Source: Candidatus Marinacidobacterium sp. (GTDB lineage: Bacteria > Acidobacteriota > Vicinamibacteria > Marinacidobacterales > Marinacidobacteraceae). From it: 64,000 nucleotides of DNA. Location: assembly GCA_965220965.1 (NCBI GenBank), contig OZ244852.1:2624001-2688000 (forward strand), written 5' to 3'. The notes under the pieces are model-generated. The model made no database searches. It saw nothing but the letters and a program-made list of their open reading frames with translations, and was not told the origin of the DNA. The position numbers and the translations under genes are program-made. Every line of letters starts with the position of its first letter. The stretch's first letter is position 1. Below, one piece after another: positions 60,084 to 64,000 of the stretch.

Positions 60084-62203
60084 TTCAGCCCGCGTCGCCG
60101 CAGCAGCGGCTCCACTTCGGCGTCGCGGCCGCGGAAGGTCCGGAAGAGATCCATCGCCTCCACGCTGCCGCCCTTCGACAGCAGCGTGGCGCGGAAGTGG
60201 TCCCCGTTCTCCCGCATCAGTCCTCCGTTCTCGCGGAACCACTCGACGGAGTCGGCGTCGAGCACTTCGCTCCAGATGTAGGAGTAGTAGCCGGCGGAGT
60301 AGCCGCTTCCCCAGATATGGGAGAAGTAGGTGCTGCGGTAGCGCGGCGGAACCGGAGGGAACGCCACGCCGGCGGCCTCGAGCGCCGCCTCCTCGAAGGC
60401 GAGCGCGCTGGCCGCGTCCGGCGTCTCCCCGGGAGCGAGCTGGTGCCAGGCGAGATCGAGCAGGGTGGCCGCCAGGTACTCGGTCGTGGCGAAGCCCTGG
60501 TTGAAGGTCCGGCTCTCGAGAACCCGGTCGAGCAGTTCTCCCGGGATGGGCTCGCCGGTTTCGTGGTGGACCGCGTAGTTCCGGAGCACCTCCGGCCAGG
60601 TCGCCCACATCTCGTTCACCTGCGACGGGTACTCCACGAAGTCGCGCGGGACCGAGGTTCCGGAGAAGGTCGGGTACTCCACCGCCGAGAAGAGTCCGTG
60701 GAGCGCGTGCCCGAACTCGTGGAACAGCGTGATGACCTCGTCGAAGGTGAGCAGGGTGGGCTCTCCGTCGGGGGGCTTCGGGACGTTCAGATGGTTCGCC
60801 ACCACCGGCTGCGTCCCCATCAGGCCCGACTGCGACACGTAGGAGTTCATCCAGGCGCCGCCGCGCTTCGAAGGACGGGCGTAGAAGTCGGCGAGGAAGA
60901 GGCCGAGCGAGGTCCCGTCCTCTTCGAACACTTCCCAGATCCGCACATCCGGGTGGTAGACCGGGAGCTCGGGCCGCTCCTCGAAGCGCAGCCCGTAGAG
61001 CTGCGTGGCGGCGAAGAAGGCGCCGTTGACCAGGACGCTGTCCATTTCGAAGTAGGGGCGAAGCTCGGACTCATCGAAGGCGTACCGCTCGGCGCGGAGC
61101 TTCTCGGTGTAGTAGTCCCAGTCCCACGCGGCGATCTCGATCTCGTCGCCGAGGCTGGACGCGAGCGCCTGGAGGTCGGCGGCCTCCCGGCGGGCGTTCG
61201 CCACCGCCCGGGGGGCGAGGTCGGCGAGGCGCGCGTTGACCGCATCGGCGGTCTGCGCCGTCTGCTCCTCGAGGATGAAGGCGGCGTGATGGGGGTAGCC
61301 GAGGAGATCGGCCCGCTCGGCCCGGAGTTCGGCGATCCGGGTGATGACCTCGCGGTTGTCGAACTCCCCGCCGCGGCTGCCGCGCCCCAGCGAGGTCCGC
61401 ATGATGTGCTCCCGGAGCGTTCGGTCCTCGAGCGAGGAGAGCGCGGGCTGGCCGCTGGTGTTCAGGAGCGGGAGGACGAATCCTTCGAGATCTCGCGCCT
61501 TCGCGGCCTCGGCGGCCGCCGCGATCTGGCCCTCGGAGAGCCCGGCGAGCTCCTCCTCGGTGTCCACCACGATCCGGGAGGCGTTCACCTCGTCGAGAGT
61601 GTTCTGGTTGAACCGGGCGCCCAGCGAGGCGAGTTCGCCATTGATCTCCCGCATGCGGGCCTGCCCCGCCTCGTCCAGCCGGGCGCCGGCCCGCACGAAG
61701 TCGCGCCGGTAGCGCTCGATCAGCCGGATCGCCTCGGGGCTGAGCCCCAGGTTCTCCCGGTCCTCGTAGAGCGCCTCGACCCTCGCGAAGAGCGCCGGGT
61801 TCAGCAGGATGTCGTCGGAGTGGGCCGCCAGCTTCGGCGCCATCTCGGCGCGGATCTCGTTGATCGCGTCGTTCGTGTCCGCGGACGCCAGGCTGAAGAA
61901 CACCCGGGCGACCCGGTCGAGGAGCTGTCCCGACCGTTCGAGCGCCACGATCGTGTTGTCGAACGTGGGAGAGTCCGCCTCCGAGGCGATCGCTCCGATC
62001 TCGGCGATCTGCTCCTCCATCCCCCGCTCGAACGCCGGGCGATAGTGGTCGTTCGTGATCCGGTCGAAGGGCGGAAGCCGGTAGGGCAGCGGGCTCTCGG
62101 CGAAGAACGGGTTCTCGGACATGGACGGCTCGGGGGCGCCCGTCTCACCGCACCCCGCGAAGAGCGCGGCGACAACGGCGATCGGGAGGCTGGAACGAAG
62201 CAT
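60080..62203 (-). CDS. dcp: M3 family metallopeptidase (peptidyl-dipeptidase Dcp-like) with lipoprotein signal
   Basis: FAGC lipobox, NPFF, KRGGAWM, FHEFGHALH, DFVE.PSQ..E, GYSAGYYSY.W.EVLDAD. Confidence 0.92.
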   Translation of the reverse strand: MLRSSLPIAVVAALFAGCGETGAPEPSMSENPFFAESPLPYRLPPFDRITNDHYRPAFERGMEEQIAEIGAIASEADSPTFDNTIVALERSGQLLDRVARVFFSLASADTNDAINEIRAEMAPKLAAHSDDILLNPALFARVEALYEDRENLGLSPEAIRLIERYRRDFVRAGARLDEAGQARMREINGELASLGARFNQNTLDEVNASRIVVDTEEELAGLSEGQIAAAAEAAKARDLEGFVLPLLNTSGQPALSSLEDRTLREHIMRTSLGRGSRGGEFDNREVITRIAELRAERADLLGYPHHAAFILEEQTAQTADAVNARLADLAPRAVANARREAADLQALASSLGDEIEIAAWDWDYYTEKLRAERYAFDESELRPYFEMDSVLVNGAFFAATQLYGLRFEERPELPVYHPDVRIWEVFEEDGTSLGLFLADFYARPSKRGGAWMNSYVSQSGLMGTQPVVANHLNVPKPPDGEPTLLTFDEVITLFHEFGHALHGLFSAVEYPTFSGTSVPRDFVEYPSQVNEMWATWPEVLRNYAVHHETGEPIPGELLDRVLESRTFNQGFATTEYLAATLLDLAWHQLAPGETPDAASALAFEEAALEAAGVAFPPVPPRYRSTYFSHIWGSGYSAGYYSYIWSEVLDADSVEWFRENGGLMRENGDHFRATLLSKGGSVEAMDLFRTFRGRDAEVEPLLRRRGLN

Positions 62204-62295
62204 GGGGTTCCTCCTTCATCTCGACGGACGGCCCGCCGAGGCGTCAATTGTGGCGCGAGCCCGAATCCCGCGCCGCGAGCCGTTCGGCCCCGCGA

Positions 62296-62553
62296 TCAAC
62301 GGGTGGTCCCGCCAGGGCGGGGAGGCGCCCGCATGGGTTCCCGGGGATCGAATTCGAGTTCGACTCCTCCGAGCGGCTCGAAGATGGCGCGGATCGCGGT
62401 TCCTTCGCCTTCCGCCCCCAGATGCTCCGCGGCGACCGCCAGATTCAGGATCCGCCGCGCCTCTTCCGCCAGCGAGACCCCGTGGCGGGCCGCCCGGACG
62501 CGCAGCCTCTCTTTCATGCGGGGGTCGAGATTCCGGATCGTCAGGTTCGCCAT
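62296..62553 (-). CDS. FitA-like ribbon-helix-helix antitoxin/plasmid stabilisation protein (no intact cognate toxin)
   Basis: MANLTIRNLD...KERLRVRAA.HG.S...EARRIL, C-terminal F...GGVELE..PRE. Confidence 0.85.
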   Translation of the reverse strand: MANLTIRNLDPRMKERLRVRAARHGVSLAEEARRILNLAVAAEHLGAEGEGTAIRAIFEPLGGVELEFDPREPMRAPPRPGGTTR

Positions 62554-62572
62554 CGTTCGATCCTCCTGTCGC

Positions 62573-64000
62573 TCACCGCCGGAGCGACTGGCCTCTCCGC
62601 GCCTCGCGCTGCGCCTCGGCGAGCCGGCCCTGGCGGTTGTAGATGTCGGCGAGGACGAAGTGGCCGAAGGGGGCCATGTCGGGCTCGGGGTCGAGTCCCA
62701 GCCCCCGGAGCGCGGTGACCTCGGCTTCGAGGAGTTCGCCGCGGTCGAGGAGCGCCTTGGCGAGGTAGAGATGGCCCACCGCGAACTCCGGATTGGCTTC
62801 CAGCGCGAGGCGGAAGGAGGCCTCCATCCGCGCCGGGTCGCCCATCGCGCCGTAGAGCTGGGCGAGGTTGAAGTGCGAGCGGAAGTCCTTCGGGGCCGCC
62901 TCCAGCCGGGTCTCGTAGGCCTCGATGGCGCCGGCGGCGTCGCCCCGCGCCTCGAACAGCAGCGCCAGGTTGTACCAGGCGTCCGAGAGGCGCTCGTCCA
63001 TTTCGAGCGCCCGCCGGAACTCGGCTTCCGCCTCGTCGAGCCGTCCGAGGCTCAGCAGGCACTGGCCCTTCAGGTTGCGGGCCGGAGCGCGCTCTTCTCC
63101 GGTGGCTTCGAGGTGTTCCAGAACCGCCAGCGCCTCCCGGTACTCCTCGCGCGCCGCGTGGATTTCGGCGAGGTGGTAGTGCGCCTTGTTGTCGTTCGGG
63201 TCCAGTTCGAGCAGGCGCCGGTAGCCCGCCGCCGCCTCCTCGAGACGGTCCGCCAGCCGGTAGGCGTCGGCGAGCCCGAGCACCGCCGAGAGGTACTCGG
63301 GATCGAGGCCGAGGGCGTCGCGGTAGGCCGCGATGGCGTTCTCCCAGTCCTCCTCCTTTACGAAAAGGTTGCCCAGGATGAGGTGGGCCTCGAGGATGCC
63401 GGGGTCCTCTTCGAGGACGCGCCGGACCTTCGCCATGGCGTCGGCGATCCGGTCCTCGGTGGAGTCGGTCCCGGCGGCCTTGAGCAGGTTGTAGAGGACG
63501 ATCTTGTCCTTCGGATCGGCGAGCGGCTCGTCCGGGTCCACGCTTACCCGGGAAGCGCCGCCGAGGTACCCCAGCGCGGCGAGCTGGGCGCGCGTTTCCT
63601 CGTCGAGCGTCTCCGGCGCGGCGGCTTCGGCGGCTTCCGACCCGAAGTCGGCGACGACCTGGTCCAGCCGGGACTGGAGCTGGCGCACCTGCCCGGGACG
63701 GTCGGGGGCGAGGTTTCGGGTCTGGCCGGGGTCCTCGAGGATCTCGAAGAGTTCGGGGCGGGGCGCCGAGATGAAGTGGAGGAGACCGTTCCGCAGCGAG
63801 CGGAGCGGCGACCAGCCGTAGTGGTTTCTCGGATACAGGCTTTCCGAGTAGGCCCACAGCCCGAGATCGGTCTCGGTCCCGTCGAGCAGCGACAGCAGGC
63901 TGACTCCCTGGACCGGGCCCGGCGTCGGAACCCCCACCAGGTCCAGCACGGTCGGCATGAGGTCGATGCCGCGCACCTGGGCGGGAACGCGAAGGCCCCG
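62573..64000 (-). CDS. Sulfatase-like hydrolase with C-terminal TPR repeats (5'-truncated by window edge)
   Basis: ID.MPT.LDL.G, GVSL, Y.ES.YP...YGW.PL, ELF....DP....NL, L.ALGY, DPKD, followed by several TPRs. Confidence 0.85.
   Translation of the reverse strand, partial: RGLRVPAQVRGIDLMPTVLDLVGVPTPGPVQGVSLLSLLDGTETDLGLWAYSESLYPRNHYGWSPLRSLRNGLLHFISAPRPELFEILEDPGQTRNLAPDRPGQVRQLQSRLDQVVADFGSEAAEAAAPETLDEETRAQLAALGYLGGASRVSVDPDEPLADPKDKIVLYNLLKAAGTDSTEDRIADAMAKVRRVLEEDPGILEAHLILGNLFVKEEDWENAIAAYRDALGLDPEYLSAVLGLADAYRLADRLEEAAAGYRRLLELDPNDNKAHYHLAEIHAAREEYREALAVLEHLEATGEERAPARNLKGQCLLSLGRLDEAEAEFRRALEMDERLSDAWYNLALLFEARGDAAGAIEAYETRLEAAPKDFRSHFNLAQLYGAMGDPARMEASFRLALEANPEFAVGHLYLAKALLDRGELLEAEVTALRGLGLDPEPDMAPFGHFVLADIYNRQGRLAEAQREARRGQSLRR

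Overview
High-GC bacterial chromosomal window, probably Acidobacteriota (inferred from a Cys-rich insertion near the RpoB N-terminus and from the style of the accessory genes). Bases 1-41.6 kb are a core housekeeping region on the + strand: prs-rplY-pth-rpsF-rpsR-rplI-dnaB-radA-ispDF-rlmB, tRNA-Thr/Tyr/Gly/Thr-tuf-rpmG-tRNA-Trp-secE-nusG-rplKAJL-rpoBC, rpsL-rpsG-fusA (no tuf), and the complete S10-spc-alpha cluster. Bases 41.7-64 kb are accessory: an EF-G2 paralogue, an orphan PilM/N/O(P)-like trio, a three-gene operon of exported proteins (Ig-like repeats, a Tat-exported alkaline-phosphatase-fold protein, a small secreted protein), an aminotransferase/2-hydroxyacid dehydrogenase/SSS transporter/GNAT operon, a MacAB-type ABC exporter, and ctaB-dcp-orphan antitoxin-sulfatase/TPR on the - strand. 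The most unusual observation is a 150-bp-period tandem duplication just downstream of ctaB. It holds a diverged, frame-intact copy of the last CtaB transmembrane helix with many synonymous changes and its own SD+TTG, plus a hairpin with compensatory changes. This is either a candidate microprotein or a scar from 3'-end gene replacement. No CRISPR array, rRNA, transposase or integrase was seen. All calls come from reading motifs by eye; no searches were run.
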